Positions 13,890-23,992 of a stretch of 64,000 nucleotides of DNA are shown here, one piece after another. The translations under genes were made by a program, and so were the position numbers. Every line of letters starts with the position of its first letter. Positions within the stretch are counted from its first letter, which is position 1. The stretch comes from Eubacterium sp. (GTDB lineage Bacteria > Bacillota > Clostridia > Lachnospirales > Lachnospiraceae): positions 593 through 64,592 of the forward strand of contig JAXDTV010000061.1 in assembly GCA_034089785.1 (NCBI GenBank), read 5' to 3'. A model generated the notes under the pieces. The model had not been told where the DNA came from. It worked only from the letters and a program-made list of their open reading frames with translations, and did no database searches.

Positions 13890-15755
13890 ATGAATCAGGA
13901 ATATGATGCGGTTGTTGTCGGTGCTGGTCATGCAGGTTGTGAAGCTGCACTGGCATTAGCAAGATTGTCTTTGAAAACAGTTATGTTTACAGTCAGTGTA
14001 GACAGTATAGCCATGATGCCATGTAATCCCAATGTAGGTGGAACTTCAAAAGGACATCTGGTAAGAGAGATTGATGCACTGGGCGGTGAAATGGGAAAAA
14101 ACATAGACCGGACTTTTATCCAGTCAAAAATGTTGAATAAGTCAAAAGGCCCTGCGGTACATTCTCTTCGTGCCCAGGCAGATAAACAGGAATACAGCAA
14201 GTCTATGAGAAAAGTTCTGGAACAGACAGAAAACCTGACAATACGCCAGGGAGAAGTAAATGAGATTCTTGTAGAAGATGGAAGAGTAGTAGGTGTGAAA
14301 ACTTACACGGGAGCTGTTTATTCTTGTAAGGTATGTGTGCTTTGTACGGGAACTTACCTGAATGCCAGATGTATCACCGGTAATATATCTGTGCATACAG
14401 GCCCTAACGGATTACAGGCTGCAACACATCTGACGGATTCACTGGAAAAACTGGGAATCGAGATGCGTCGTTTTAAAACAGGAACGCCTGCCAGAATTGA
14501 TGGAAGTACCATTGATTATTCTAAAATGGAACCTCAATATGGAGATGAGAAGATCGTACCTTTTTCTTTTACCAACACATCGGATTCAGTTCAGAGAGAG
14601 CAAGTAAAATGCTATCTTACTTATACGAATGAGAAAACTCATGAAATCATCCGTAATAATCTGGATCGATCACCTTTGTACTCCGGATATATCAAAGGAA
14701 CCGGGCCAAGATATTGTCCTTCAATCGAGGATAAGGTTGTGCGGTTTGCGGATAAAAACAGACATCAGGTATTTATCGAACCGGAAGGAAATTATACCAA
14801 TGAAATGTATGTAGGTGGAATGTCCAGTTCCCTGCCGGAAGATGTCCAGTTTGATATGTATCATTCTGTACCTGGATTGGAACACGCCAAAATTGTGAGA
14901 AATGCTTACGCCATTGAATATGACTGTATCAATTCACTGGAACTGTTGCCGTCCTTGGAATTGAAAAAAGTGAATGGTCTTTTTAGTGCAGGACAGGCAA
15001 ACGGCAGTTCCGGATATGAAGAAGCTGCAGCCCAGGGATTGATCGCCGGGATCAATGCAGCACGAAAAGTGAAAGAAAAGGATCCGTTAATACTGGACCG
15101 GTCTCAGGGATACATCGGTGTATTGATCGATGATCTTGTTACAAAGGGTACCAATGAACCTTATCGTATGATGACATCCAGAGCAGAGTATCGTCTTTTG
15201 TTAAGACAGGATAATGCAGATGAAAGACTGACACCTATCGGTTATGAAATGGGACTGATCGATGAAGAAAGATATGAAAAGTTTAAAGAAAAATATAGAT
15301 GTATCAAAGAAGAAGTACAGCGTGTCAAAAACTCCTATGTAGGAAACAGTGACAAGGTTCAGAATCTATTGAAAGAACATAACAGTACGGAATTAGTCAG
15401 TGGTATATCCCTGGCTGAACTGATCAAAAGGCCAGAATTAAATTATGATATTTTAAAAGAAATAGATACTGGTCGACCAGAACTTTCAGAAGAAATCTGC
15501 AATGAAGTAAATATCGTATTGAAATATGAAGGATATATTGCGCGACAGCAAAAGCAAGTTGAACAGTTTCATAAATTAGAAAAGAAGAAGATTCCAGCAA
15601 ACATTGATTATGATAAAGTACGTTCACTGCGGCTGGAAGCAATTCAAAAACTGAAGGAGATTAAGCCTGAATCCATTGGACAGGCTTCACGAATCAGTGG
15701 TGTTTCCCCTTCTGATATTTCAGTATTATTAGTTTATCTGGAACAGTTTAAGTAA
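13890..15755 (+). CDS. mnmG: tRNA uridine 5-carboxymethylaminomethyl modification enzyme MnmG (GidA)
   Basis: A GGAGGA SD precedes the ATG at 13890. Starts with the FAD motif [16 protein letters not shown]. The track start at 13851 would overlap mnmE and has no SD. Confidence 0.97.
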   Translation: MNQEYDAVVVGAGHAGCEAALALARLSLKTVMFTVSVDSIAMMPCNPNVGGTSKGHLVREIDALGGEMGKNIDRTFIQSKMLNKSKGPAVHSLRAQADKQEYSKSMRKVLEQTENLTIRQGEVNEILVEDGRVVGVKTYTGAVYSCKVCVLCTGTYLNARCITGNISVHTGPNGLQAATHLTDSLEKLGIEMRRFKTGTPARIDGSTIDYSKMEPQYGDEKIVPFSFTNTSDSVQREQVKCYLTYTNEKTHEIIRNNLDRSPLYSGYIKGTGPRYCPSIEDKVVRFADKNRHQVFIEPEGNYTNEMYVGGMSSSLPEDVQFDMYHSVPGLEHAKIVRNAYAIEYDCINSLELLPSLELKKVNGLFSAGQANGSSGYEEAAAQGLIAGINAARKVKEKDPLILDRSQGYIGVLIDDLVTKGTNEPYRMMTSRAEYRLLLRQDNADERLTPIGYEMGLIDEERYEKFKEKYRCIKEEVQRVKNSYVGNSDKVQNLLKEHNSTELVSGISLAELIKRPELNYDILKEIDTGRPELSEEICNEVNIVLKYEGYIARQQKQVEQFHKLEKKKIPANIDYDKVRSLRLEAIQKLKEIKPESIGQASRISGVSPSDISVLLVYLEQFK

Positions 15756-15773
15756 GATAGGAAAGGATCATAA

Positions 15774-16481
15774 ATGATTAGAAATATATTTGCAAATCAT
15801 GGGATTACTATAACCGAAGATCAGGAACAGAAATTAAATCAATATTATGATTTACTGATTGACTGGAATAATAAAATAAATCTGACATCTATTGTAGAAT
15901 ATGAGGAAGTTATCTGGAAACATTTTTTGGATTCCGCTTTTTTTGTTCTGTGTGATAAAGTGAATTTAAAAGAAACAAAGAGTGTTCTTGATTTAGGAAC
16001 AGGAGCAGGTTTTCCGGGAATGGTGCTGGCTATTCTTTGTCCTGATTACAAGTTTGTTCTGGCGGATTCACTGAATAAAAGAATTGAATTTTTGAAGGTC
16101 GTTATTGATACATTGAAACTTCATAATGTATCAGTAATCCACGGAAGAGCAGAAGAATTGGGACAGGATGAAAAGTTCAGAAATCAGTTTGATTATGTAG
16201 TATCCAGAGCAGTTGCTGAACTGCCGGTTTTATTGGAATATTGTATTCCTTTTGTGAAAAAAGGTGGATATTTTATTTCTTATAAAAGCAGAAAACTGAG
16301 TGAAGAAATAGAAAATGCAAAAAATGCTTTGAATGTGCTGTATACAAAATATGATCAAAAGTATAAGTATGAACTGGAATACGATCATAGTGAAAGGTAT
16401 CTTGTCTTTTTTGAATGTATGGATGAAACAGATCCAAAGTATCCAAGAAAACCTAAAAAAATAAAAACAAATCCACTGTAA
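15774..16481 (+). CDS. rsmG: 16S rRNA (guanine527-N7)-methyltransferase RsmG (GidB)
   Basis: SAM motif DLGTGAGFPG. It occupies the conserved position after mnmG. Confidence 0.95.
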   Translation: MIRNIFANHGITITEDQEQKLNQYYDLLIDWNNKINLTSIVEYEEVIWKHFLDSAFFVLCDKVNLKETKSVLDLGTGAGFPGMVLAILCPDYKFVLADSLNKRIEFLKVVIDTLKLHNVSVIHGRAEELGQDEKFRNQFDYVVSRAVAELPVLLEYCIPFVKKGGYFISYKSRKLSEEIENAKNALNVLYTKYDQKYKYELEYDHSERYLVFFECMDETDPKYPRKPKKIKTNPL

Positions 16482-16482
16482 A

Positions 16483-16498
16483 TGTTTCATGTGAAACA
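16483..16498. promoter_or_regulatory. parS centromere-like site (copy 1)
   Basis: TGTTTCATGTGAAACA differs at one position from the Firmicute parS consensus TGTTNCACGTGAAACA. It starts 2 nt after the rsmG stop. Confidence 0.85.
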
Positions 16499-16519
16499 TC
16501 TGCGGAGAAAAAATAATAA

Positions 16520-16535
16520 TGTTTCATGTGAAACA
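16520..16535. promoter_or_regulatory. parS centromere-like site (copy 2)
   Basis: The identical 16-mer TGTTTCATGTGAAACA lies 37 nt downstream of copy 1, upstream of parA. Confidence 0.85.
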
Positions 16536-16619
16536 ATTTTAAAATAACATGAGTTTCTATAGAAATTATATTCTAATAGTGCTATAATTAAGAAATGAGA
16601 ATATTTATTGGAGGGAATT

Positions 16620-17384
16620 ATGAGTGAAATAATGACCATTGCTAATCAGAAAGGTGGAGTTGGTAAAACAACTACCACAATTAATTTAGCAGCCGCATTG
16701 GCAGAAAAAGGGAAGAAGGTCCTGGTCATTGATATGGATCCACAGGGAAACACTTCCAGTGGATTGGGAATTGACAAGGATGAACTGGATACAACGGTAT
16801 ACCAGTTAATGATAGGAGATAATACATTTGAAGAATGTGTTCAGAAAGATGTATTTGAAAATCTGGATGTATTGGCAGCAAATGTGAATCTGGCAGGAAT
16901 CGAAATTGAAACAATGGATATGGAGGATCGAAATTATATTCTTCATGATATTATTGAAAAAATAAAAGATCAATATGATTATATTATTATAGATTGTCCG
17001 CCATCTTTGAATGCATTGACCATCAATGCCATGACAACAGCCGATTCTGTTTTGGTTCCGATTCAGTGTGAGTATTATGCATTGGAAGGTTTGAGCCAGC
17101 TTATTTATACAATTGATCTGGTAAAGGAAAGATTGAATCCAAAACTTGTTATCAATGGTGTTGTGTTTACTATGTATGATGTGAGAACAAATCTTTCCAT
17201 GCAGGTAATTGAAAATGTAAGAAACAATCTGAATCAGACTATTTATGATACGATCATTCCAAGAGGTGTTCGTTTGGCAGAAGCACCAAGTCATGGATTG
17301 CCAATTACAAAATATGATAGAAGATCAGCCGGTGCCCAGGCATATCTGGCATTAGCAGATGAAGTAATAGAAAGGAGCAAGTAA
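16620..17384 (+). CDS. soj: Chromosome partitioning ATPase ParA/Soj
   Basis: A GGAGGG SD precedes the ATG at 16620. Carries the deviant Walker [12 protein letters not shown]. Confidence 0.95.
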   Translation: MSEIMTIANQKGGVGKTTTTINLAAALAEKGKKVLVIDMDPQGNTSSGLGIDKDELDTTVYQLMIGDNTFEECVQKDVFENLDVLAANVNLAGIEIETMDMEDRNYILHDIIEKIKDQYDYIIIDCPPSLNALTINAMTTADSVLVPIQCEYYALEGLSQLIYTIDLVKERLNPKLVINGVVFTMYDVRTNLSMQVIENVRNNLNQTIYDTIIPRGVRLAEAPSHGLPITKYDRRSAGAQAYLALADEVIERSK

Positions 17385-17386
17385 AA

Positions 17387-18271
17387 ATGGCATCAAAGGG
17401 ATTAGGTAAAGGCCTGGATTCAATGATTCCGCCTAAAAGAACTGCCAGAGCGCAGGCACAGGCTTCTGTGGCAGATAAAAATGTAAATAAATCCGGAGAA
17501 GTAATTTTAAAGATAAATGATGTTGAACCAAATAAAAACCAGCCAAGAAGAACTTTTAATGAAGATTCTTTGATCGAGTTAAGTGAATCAATTAAGCAGC
17601 ATGGCATTGTTCAGCCATTGGTTGTTGCAAAACAAAAAGATTATTATGAAATCATCGCCGGAGAGAGAAGATGGCGTGCCGCTAAAATAGCCGGATTAAA
17701 AGAAGTACCGGTAATCATTAAAGATTATTCACCGCAGGAAATTATGGAAGTGGCTCTGATAGAAAATATCCAGCGTGAGGACTTAAATCCGATTGAAGAG
17801 GCAAAGGCTTATAAAAATCTGATTGATGAATATAATCTGAAGCAGGATCAGGTGGCTGAGAAAGTTTCAAAGAGCAGAACGGCTGTAACAAATGCTCTGC
17901 GATTGTTGAAACTAGATGACCGTGTACAGGAAATGCTTATTAACGAAAGTATATCCAGCGGTCATGCCAGAGCATTGCTTGGATTGGATGATACAGAAAA
18001 GCAGTATAATATTGCTATGCAGATTTTCGATGAAAAATTAAGCGTTCGCGAGACAGAAAAACTGGTAAAACAGATCAATCGTCCAGAGCAGCCGCCTAAA
18101 CCGAAAAAAGAATTAAAAAATGACTTTGTGTACCGTGATATTGAAGAAAAACTGAAAGAAAAAATTGGTACGAAAGTAAAAATCAATCGCAAGACAGAAG
18201 AAAAAGGAAAAATTGAGATTGAGTATTATTCACCGGAAGAACTTGAAAAAATTCTGGCATATTTCAAATAG
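17387..18271 (+). CDS. spo0J: Chromosome partitioning protein ParB/Spo0J
   Basis: ParB box GERRWRAAKIAGL and an HTH region (QDQVAEKVSKSRTAVTNALRLL). Confidence 0.95.
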   Translation: MASKGLGKGLDSMIPPKRTARAQAQASVADKNVNKSGEVILKINDVEPNKNQPRRTFNEDSLIELSESIKQHGIVQPLVVAKQKDYYEIIAGERRWRAAKIAGLKEVPVIIKDYSPQEIMEVALIENIQREDLNPIEEAKAYKNLIDEYNLKQDQVAEKVSKSRTAVTNALRLLKLDDRVQEMLINESISSGHARALLGLDDTEKQYNIAMQIFDEKLSVRETEKLVKQINRPEQPPKPKKELKNDFVYRDIEEKLKEKIGTKVKINRKTEEKGKIEIEYYSPEELEKILAYFK

Positions 18272-18297
18272 AACATATGTTTGATAGGAGGATAAAA

Positions 18298-18798
18298 ATG
18301 TTTAAGTTTGCAGACATGGGATTAGAAGTGGACATCGTTGTACTGGGAATTGCTGTACTTGTCGTTATTTTGTTTATTATGAGTATTGTGATATTATCCA
18401 AGTGCAGTTCCTTAAAACGCCGATATGAGGCATTTATGGCTGATTCAGATGGAAAGTCTTTGGAGGATGCCTTTAGTAAGAAGTTTGAAAATATGGAGTA
18501 CATCAATGGTAAATTAACAGAGATTGATAGCCACTTGAAAGAGCTGGATCTTGACCTGTTAAAAACATATCAGAAGGTGGGTATCGTAAAATATGACGCC
18601 TTCAAAGAAATTGGTGGTACACTGAGTTTTGTATTGACATTGCTGACAAAAGATAACGATGGATTTATATTAAACTCCATGCACAGCAATAGTGAAGGCT
18701 GCTATACTTACATCAAAGAAGTTAAGTCAGGAGAAGTATTTGTTGCTTTATCAGAAGAAGAAATACAGTCTTTGGAAATGGCTAAGAAATGTGAGTAA
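18298..18798 (+). CDS. DUF4446 family membrane-anchored protein
   Basis: An AGGAGGA SD precedes the ATG at 18298. It has one N-terminal TM helix and follows parB, as is commonly seen in Clostridia. Confidence 0.8.
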   Translation: MFKFADMGLEVDIVVLGIAVLVVILFIMSIVILSKCSSLKRRYEAFMADSDGKSLEDAFSKKFENMEYINGKLTEIDSHLKELDLDLLKTYQKVGIVKYDAFKEIGGTLSFVLTLLTKDNDGFILNSMHSNSEGCYTYIKEVKSGEVFVALSEEEIQSLEMAKKCE

Positions 18799-18810
18799 GA
18801 ATAATGTTAA

Positions 18811-18834
18811 AGGGCGACGATGATTCGCCGCCCT
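18811..18834 (+). terminator. Hairpin after the DUF4446 gene (weak terminator candidate)
   Basis: AGGGCGACGA-tgat-TCGCCGCCCT with one mismatch. There is no clean T-run after it. Confidence 0.4.
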
Positions 18835-18914
18835 CTAGTTAGAAAATTTATTAAATCCATAAAAAAAAAGCCCTCACCCAGCAGTTGCAGGTCTGCCAAA
18901 CAAGGACTCGGGAG

Positions 18915-18987
18915 TACGCCATTGGGGGCTCGAACCCCAGACACCCTGATTAAGAGTCAGGTGCTCTACCAACTGAGCTAATGGCGC
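18915..18987 (-). tRNA. tRNA-Lys (anticodon CTT)
   Basis: Minus-strand sequence: GCGCCATTAGCTCAGTTGGTAGAGCACCTGACTCTTAATCAGGGTGTCTGGGGTTCGAGCCCCCAATGGCGTA. It folds as a cloverleaf with anticodon loop CTCTTAA and T-loop TTCGAGC. CCA is not encoded. A GC-rich hairpin and T-run follow on the minus strand (about 18860-18912). Confidence 0.93.
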
Positions 18988-19008
18988 TTAACGATTAACG
19001 CAATATTT

Positions 19009-19037
19009 ATTATATTACAAAGTATGATAAAATGCAA
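19009..19037 (-). promoter_or_regulatory. sigma-A type promoter of tRNA-Lys
   Basis: On the minus strand: TTGCAT (19037-19032), a 17-nt spacer, then TATAAT (19014-19009). It lies about 20 nt upstream of the tRNA 5' end. Confidence 0.6.
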
Positions 19038-19071
19038 GTATTATTTCAAAAAAATTTAAATTGGAGGAATC

Positions 19072-20238
19072 ATGGAAGAAAAAAGAAGCAAAATCAAAGA
19101 TTTATTAAAGGGAATTTTATCAAATGGTGGTTATGTGATTGGTCTGGTATTTATAAGCACACTGATCATAGTGGCTGTCATTAACCTGGGAACAACCATT
19201 GACATAATAGGAAGATTTTTGGCTGTTGTAGCACCGTTTATATTTGGATTTTTCTTTGCTTATCTGATCCGTCCTATTGTTGTGACACTGGAAAAGCCGT
19301 TGAATAAGATAAAAAAAGGTAAGGGTGAAAAAATAAAGAGGGTGATCAGTATTGTGGTTGCTTATCTGATCGTGATTGGTGCATTGACCATCATCATTGT
19401 ATATATTTTCCCTCAGATGAAAAACAGTGTAAAAGATATAGGCAATTCTGTAAAGAATGGATACAATTATGTAACAAACCACCTGGATGAAATGAATGCA
19501 ATGATACCAATTATCAACCTTGGAAATGTAATTGAGTATATTCAGAACAATCTTATCGACAAATTAATGTCCAATAGTGGAACAATTGTGCCTTTTGTGT
19601 ATCGTTTTTCATCTTCTGTGTTGACAAGTCTGTATAATATATTTATGGGACTGGTCATCTCCATCTACATGATCATCGATGGAAAGAAACTGAAAAATTC
19701 TATTAAGCGTATCATTTATGCTGTTTCACCAATTGAAAAAGCACCGGCAATCTGCAAAACCATCAGTAAGTGTAATCATATTTTTAATGGATTTTTGTTC
19801 GGAAAAGCAGTAGATTCCCTGATCATTGGTATTTTATGTTTTATTGCCATGAGTATTCTGCAGCTGCCGTACTCACTTTTATTAAGTGTGATTGTAGGAA
19901 TTACCAACATGATCCCATACTTTGGACCGATCATTGGTGCGATACCGGGATTTGTTATTTACTTGTTTATAGATCCTAAATTATCCCTGATCTTTGCCAT
20001 TATGATCCTGATCCTGCAGCAGTTTGACGGATTATATCTGGGACCTAAGATCCTAGGTGATCTGACAGGAATCAAACCATTGTGGGTTATTTTTGGAATT
20101 GTGATCGGCGGCGCTTATTTTGGAGCCATCGGAATGTTCTTAGGTGTACCTACAGTCGCCGTAATTATGTATCTGGCGGATCTTTTTATCGAGAGCAAGT
20201 TGAAAAAGAAGAAAATCGACTTACCGGATATGAAGTAA
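19072..20238 (+). CDS. AI-2E family transporter (PerM/YtvI-like permease)
   Basis: 388-aa polytopic membrane protein with the family motif GITNMIPYFGPIIGAIPG. Confidence 0.85.
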   Translation: MEEKRSKIKDLLKGILSNGGYVIGLVFISTLIIVAVINLGTTIDIIGRFLAVVAPFIFGFFFAYLIRPIVVTLEKPLNKIKKGKGEKIKRVISIVVAYLIVIGALTIIIVYIFPQMKNSVKDIGNSVKNGYNYVTNHLDEMNAMIPIINLGNVIEYIQNNLIDKLMSNSGTIVPFVYRFSSSVLTSLYNIFMGLVISIYMIIDGKKLKNSIKRIIYAVSPIEKAPAICKTISKCNHIFNGFLFGKAVDSLIIGILCFIAMSILQLPYSLLLSVIVGITNMIPYFGPIIGAIPGFVIYLFIDPKLSLIFAIMILILQQFDGLYLGPKILGDLTGIKPLWVIFGIVIGGAYFGAIGMFLGVPTVAVIMYLADLFIESKLKKKKIDLPDMK

Positions 20239-20346
20239 TTTTTTGATGGACAGGAGATTAAGGTAAAGCCGGTTGATTTTTTTCTGGCAGCAAAGGTTGA
20301 TCCGCTTCCGGAAAAAATTACTGCATGGTGGTCTGGACATGAAAAT

Positions 20347-20380
20347 TCCCCCTTTTTCACAGTATATGAAAAGAGGGGGA
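20347..20380. terminator. Hairpin between the convergent AI-2E and trmB genes
   Basis: TCCCCCTTTTTCA-cagtata-TGAAAAGAGGGGGA with one bulge. The flanking T/A runs are weak. Confidence 0.45.
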
Positions 20381-20402
20381 GTATGTTACTTCCTTATTAT
20401 TA

Positions 20403-21044
20403 CTAACGGGAAATTTTAAAACGGCAGATTGGCTTCCCTTCGGCAACAAAACGGCTTTCATATTCTGTCATGATATTGCCGGGAAGATATTCACTGTTGT
20501 GAAGATCGTAAGTCAGCTCGTCGATGTGCCACAGGTTACTTTCTTCCACGGATTCCACGGAAAAGTCAAAAAGAGGCCGGTTGTCTGTTTTAAACTGAAT
20601 GTAACCTTTTTTTGCCAAAATAATATGATACAATGCCAGAAAATTAGGACTTGTAAGACGCCTTTTGGCATGCCGGTCTTTCGGCCAGGGATCTGAAAAA
20701 TTCAGGTAGATCCGGTCTACTTCTTCCGGGTCAAAAATATCCAGCAGATATTTGGCATCAAAGCGGATGAAGTACAGATTGTTTAAGTCGGTCTGTTCTC
20801 TTCGTTCCAGAGCACGGTACAAAACACTGGAGTACATTTCAATACCGATGTAGTTGATATCTGGATTTTTTTCTGCTAACTGGTGGATAAACTGTCCTTT
20901 TCCCATACCGATCTCGATATGAAGAGGATTGCGGTTGTTGAACAGTTTTTCACGCCAGATTCCTTTATAAGCTTCAGGTTCATGTACAACATAGGGACTT
21001 GCGTCAATAAATTCTTTGGAACCTTTTACATTTCGTAATCTCAT
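20403..21044 (-). CDS. trmB: tRNA (guanine46-N7)-methyltransferase TrmB
   Basis: Begins MRLRNVKG. Contains IEIGMGKGQF, NFSDPWPK and RHAKRRL motifs. Confidence 0.93.
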   Translation of the reverse strand: MRLRNVKGSKEFIDASPYVVHEPEAYKGIWREKLFNNRNPLHIEIGMGKGQFIHQLAEKNPDINYIGIEMYSSVLYRALERREQTDLNNLYFIRFDAKYLLDIFDPEEVDRIYLNFSDPWPKDRHAKRRLTSPNFLALYHIILAKKGYIQFKTDNRPLFDFSVESVEESNLWHIDELTYDLHNSEYLPGNIMTEYESRFVAEGKPICRFKISR

Positions 21045-21173
21045 GATTGTATCACCATTCCTTTTTGTAATGTTAATAATGTAACATATATGGGGAAAAA
21101 AGAAAATAGGTTATTGGAAAAAAGCACAAAATCGTGTATAGTAGATAATAGAAAGTTTTTGGAGGACATTAGA

Positions 21174-22553
21174 ATGAATAAGTTAAAAAGATACTTAAGC
21201 GGACTGGCGTTTCTTGCCCTGGCGGTTGTTTTTTCAGGGGGAGGCATCCAGGCGAAGGCCATGAAACTGTCGGCGGAGTCGGCTGTAGTTATGGATGTTC
21301 AGTCAGGAGCCATTTTGTATCAGAAAAATATGGACAAGCAGGAGTATCCGGCCAGTATCACCAAGGTTATGACGGCTATGCTGGCAATCGAAAATTCATC
21401 TTTGGATGAGGTGGTTACCTATTCTGCCAAGGCACTGCAGCTGGAGAGCGGGGCTTCCAATATCCAGTTGAAAAAAGGTGAAAAGATTACCATGGAAGAG
21501 AGTCTGTATGCGATTCTTCTTATGTCAGCCAATGAGGCGTGCAACGGTGTGGCAGAGCATATTGCTGGAAGCACGGATAATTATGTGAAAATGATGAATA
21601 ACCGGGCGAAAGAACTTGGATGTACCGGTACTCATTTTGCCAATACCAACGGGTTGTGGCAGAAAGATCATTATACAACGGCCCATGATATGGCGTTGAT
21701 CGCCAGAGCAGCCTACAAAAATCCTACTTTTGCAAAAATTACCGGAACAAAGCGTTATAACATTCCTAAGACGAACAAAAGTAAGACAGGACATGCTCTT
21801 CACAATCATCATCAGATGCTTTTGGCCGGCACTCATCCACAGTATGTGTATGAATACTGCGTGGGAGGAAAGACCGGATATACCAGCAAATGCCGTTATA
21901 CATTGATTACCTATGCCAAGAAAAATGGTATGACCCTTGTTTCTGTTGTAATGAGAGCAGATTCACCGTGGGATACAAACAACGAATATACAGATACCAT
22001 TAAGCTGTTAAATACTACATTTGAAAAGTATAAAAGATACAATATACAAGATGATGCTGTGAAAGAGATCAACAACAATTATCTCTTTACAAAATTCAGT
22101 CCGTTTTTCAACAGTAACAACAGTCCACTTACCATTGACAGTGATGCAGGCGTCATGCTTCCAAAGGGAGTAGACATCAGTAAGACCCAGAAGAAGATCA
22201 CCATGAATGAAAATTCATCCAAGATGGTGGATGGAAAGAAAGTGATCGGACATATCAGTTATACATATAACGGAAAAGAAATCGGTGGTTCGGATATTTA
22301 TTACGCCAAACCGACTGTGGCATCTTTGAACGACAGTATTGATATGGCGGACTGGTTTACAGAAGCTGTGGAGACGGCCAACAAAGAGCCATTCCAATGG
22401 AAGAGATTGGCTGTGATCCTGATTCTGGTCGTGGTGATCCTCATTGTGGTACTTTATATCATACAGAGAATGAGAGCGGAAAGAGAGCAGCGGCAGAGGA
22501 GAAAGAGATACCGCAGAACGAGAAAATCATATAATAAAAACAGAAAATATTAA
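21174..22553 (+). CDS. D-alanyl-D-alanine carboxypeptidase (PBP5/DacB-type serine peptidase S11)
   Basis: A GGAGGA SD precedes the ATG at 21174, and there is a signal peptide. Motifs are SxxK (SITK), SxN (SANE) and KTG (GGKTGYT). It ends in a C-terminal TM anchor and a basic tail. Confidence 0.9.
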   Translation: MNKLKRYLSGLAFLALAVVFSGGGIQAKAMKLSAESAVVMDVQSGAILYQKNMDKQEYPASITKVMTAMLAIENSSLDEVVTYSAKALQLESGASNIQLKKGEKITMEESLYAILLMSANEACNGVAEHIAGSTDNYVKMMNNRAKELGCTGTHFANTNGLWQKDHYTTAHDMALIARAAYKNPTFAKITGTKRYNIPKTNKSKTGHALHNHHQMLLAGTHPQYVYEYCVGGKTGYTSKCRYTLITYAKKNGMTLVSVVMRADSPWDTNNEYTDTIKLLNTTFEKYKRYNIQDDAVKEINNNYLFTKFSPFFNSNNSPLTIDSDAGVMLPKGVDISKTQKKITMNENSSKMVDGKKVIGHISYTYNGKEIGGSDIYYAKPTVASLNDSIDMADWFTEAVETANKEPFQWKRLAVILILVVVILIVVLYIIQRMRAEREQRQRRKRYRRTRKSYNKNRKY

Positions 22554-22566
22554 AAGAAAAAGGAAT

Positions 22567-22601
22567 TCCTGATAATGGGAATTCCTTTTTGAATGTTACC
22601 T
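22567..22601. terminator. Bidirectional rho-independent terminator (dac / tyrS)
   Basis: AAAA-AGGAATTCC-tgataatg-GGAATTCCT-TTTTT, a perfect 9-bp stem with an A-run and a T-run on either side. Confidence 0.8.
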
Positions 22602-22607
22602 TGTGAT

Positions 22608-23825
22608 TTATTTTAAAATCTTGCGGAAGTTTTTCTTTCCTTTTTTCAATACCATGTCTTCTGCAAAATCATCAGCCGAATAAGTTGTCTTGATGTCTGT
22701 GACTTTTTCACCATTCACACTGACACCGCCCTGCTGTACAGCTCGTCTTGCTTCTGATTTGGATGGTACCAGACCGGATACATACAGAAGAGAAAGAATA
22801 TCGATGGATCCATCGGTAAGATCCTCATCCTTTAATGTATAACTAGGCATGTTGGCAGCATTTCCGCTGGAGAACAATGCTTTGGCAGCATCTCTGGCTT
22901 TTACAGCTTCTTCTTCACCATGAACCAGATTGGTAAGTTCGTAAGCAAGGATTTCTTTGGCTTTGTTTAACTGGCTGCCCTCCCAGGATTCCATTTCCTG
23001 AATCTGCTCCAAAGGAAGGAAAGTAAGCATCTTGAGGCATTTGATCACATCACCATCATCTACATTGCGCCAGTACTGGAAGAACTCAAAAGGAGTTGTT
23101 TTCTCAGGATCCAGCCATACAGCACCTTTCTGAGTTTTACCCATTTTCTTGCCTTCGGAATTTAACAAAAGGTTGATCGTCATGGCATGAGCATCTTTGC
23201 CCAGTTTGCGGCGGATCAACTCAGTGCCCCCTAACATGTTGCTCCACTGATCGTCTCCACCAAATTCCAGGTTACATCCGTACTTTTCATAGAGAGCCAT
23301 AAAGTCGTAACTCTGCATGATCATGTAGTTAAACTCAAGAAAGCTTAATCCTTTTTCCATTCTCTGCTTGTAGCACTCTGCGGAAAGCATACGGTTTACG
23401 CTGAAGTGAGATCCCACATCACGGATAAATTCAATATAATTCAGATCTAAAAGCCAGTCTGCATTGTTTACCATCAATGCTTTATCATCTGAAAAGTCGA
23501 TGAAGCGGCTCATCTGCTTTTTGAAACACTCACAGTTGTGTTCAATGGTTTCTCTTGTCATCATCTGGCGCATATCGGTACGGCCGGATGGATCACCGAT
23601 CATGGCGGTACCGCCACCAATCAGTGCGATGGGTTTATTGCCAGCCATCTGAAGGCGTTTCATGAGGCACAATGCCATAAAGTGGCCTACATGAAGACTG
23701 TCAGCGGTTGGATCGAAGCCTATATAGAATACTGCTTTACCTGCATTTATCAGTTTTTTGATTTCTTCTTCATTAGTTACCTGGGCGATGAGACCGCGGG
23801 CTACTAATTCGTCATACAATTCCAT
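22608..23825 (-). CDS. tyrS: Tyrosine--tRNA ligase
   Basis: HIGH motif (SLHVGH), KMSKS-like motif (KMGKT), and a C-terminal S4 domain. Confidence 0.97.
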   Translation of the reverse strand: MELYDELVARGLIAQVTNEEEIKKLINAGKAVFYIGFDPTADSLHVGHFMALCLMKRLQMAGNKPIALIGGGTAMIGDPSGRTDMRQMMTRETIEHNCECFKKQMSRFIDFSDDKALMVNNADWLLDLNYIEFIRDVGSHFSVNRMLSAECYKQRMEKGLSFLEFNYMIMQSYDFMALYEKYGCNLEFGGDDQWSNMLGGTELIRRKLGKDAHAMTINLLLNSEGKKMGKTQKGAVWLDPEKTTPFEFFQYWRNVDDGDVIKCLKMLTFLPLEQIQEMESWEGSQLNKAKEILAYELTNLVHGEEEAVKARDAAKALFSSGNAANMPSYTLKDEDLTDGSIDILSLLYVSGLVPSKSEARRAVQQGGVSVNGEKVTDIKTTYSADDFAEDMVLKKGKKNFRKILK

Positions 23826-23885
23826 CTTTTTTCTCCTTTATATTATTTTGGCAGCGGGATTTTCCCTAAAAACATACCTTTTTTC

Positions 23886-23914
23886 ATTATATGGGATGGA
23901 AAAATGTTTGTCAA
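23886..23914 (-). promoter_or_regulatory. Consensus sigma-A promoter of tyrS
   Basis: On the minus strand: TTGACA (23914-23909), a 17-nt spacer, then TATAAT (23891-23886). This leaves only about 55 nt of leader. Confidence 0.7.
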
Positions 23915-23932
23915 GAAACGGATGTGTTTTCC

Positions 23933-23961
23933 TTGAAAAATGGCTTGTTTCTATTTATAAT
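23933..23961 (+). promoter_or_regulatory. sigma-A type promoter of the GGDEF-like gene / murI
   Basis: TTGAAA (23933-23938), a 17-nt spacer, then TATAAT (23956-23961). Confidence 0.6.
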
Positions 23962-23992
23962 AGAAAGGTAGATGAGGATATGAGGTATAGAA

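Noticed and set aside
18915-18987. Lone tRNA-Lys as an integration site (attB) for a mobile element.
   Set aside because: The flanking genes are conserved housekeeping genes (DUF4446 and an AI-2E permease). There is no integrase and no duplicated tRNA 3' end nearby.
23826-23992. Expected T-box leader upstream of tyrS, since tyrS is the archetypal T-box gene in Firmicutes.
   Set aside because: A consensus TTGACA-17-TATAAT promoter sits only about 55 nt upstream of the ATG. The whole intergenic region is 167 bp and is shared with a divergent promoter. I found no specifier-loop, T-box or terminator-antiterminator sequence, so there is no riboswitch here.
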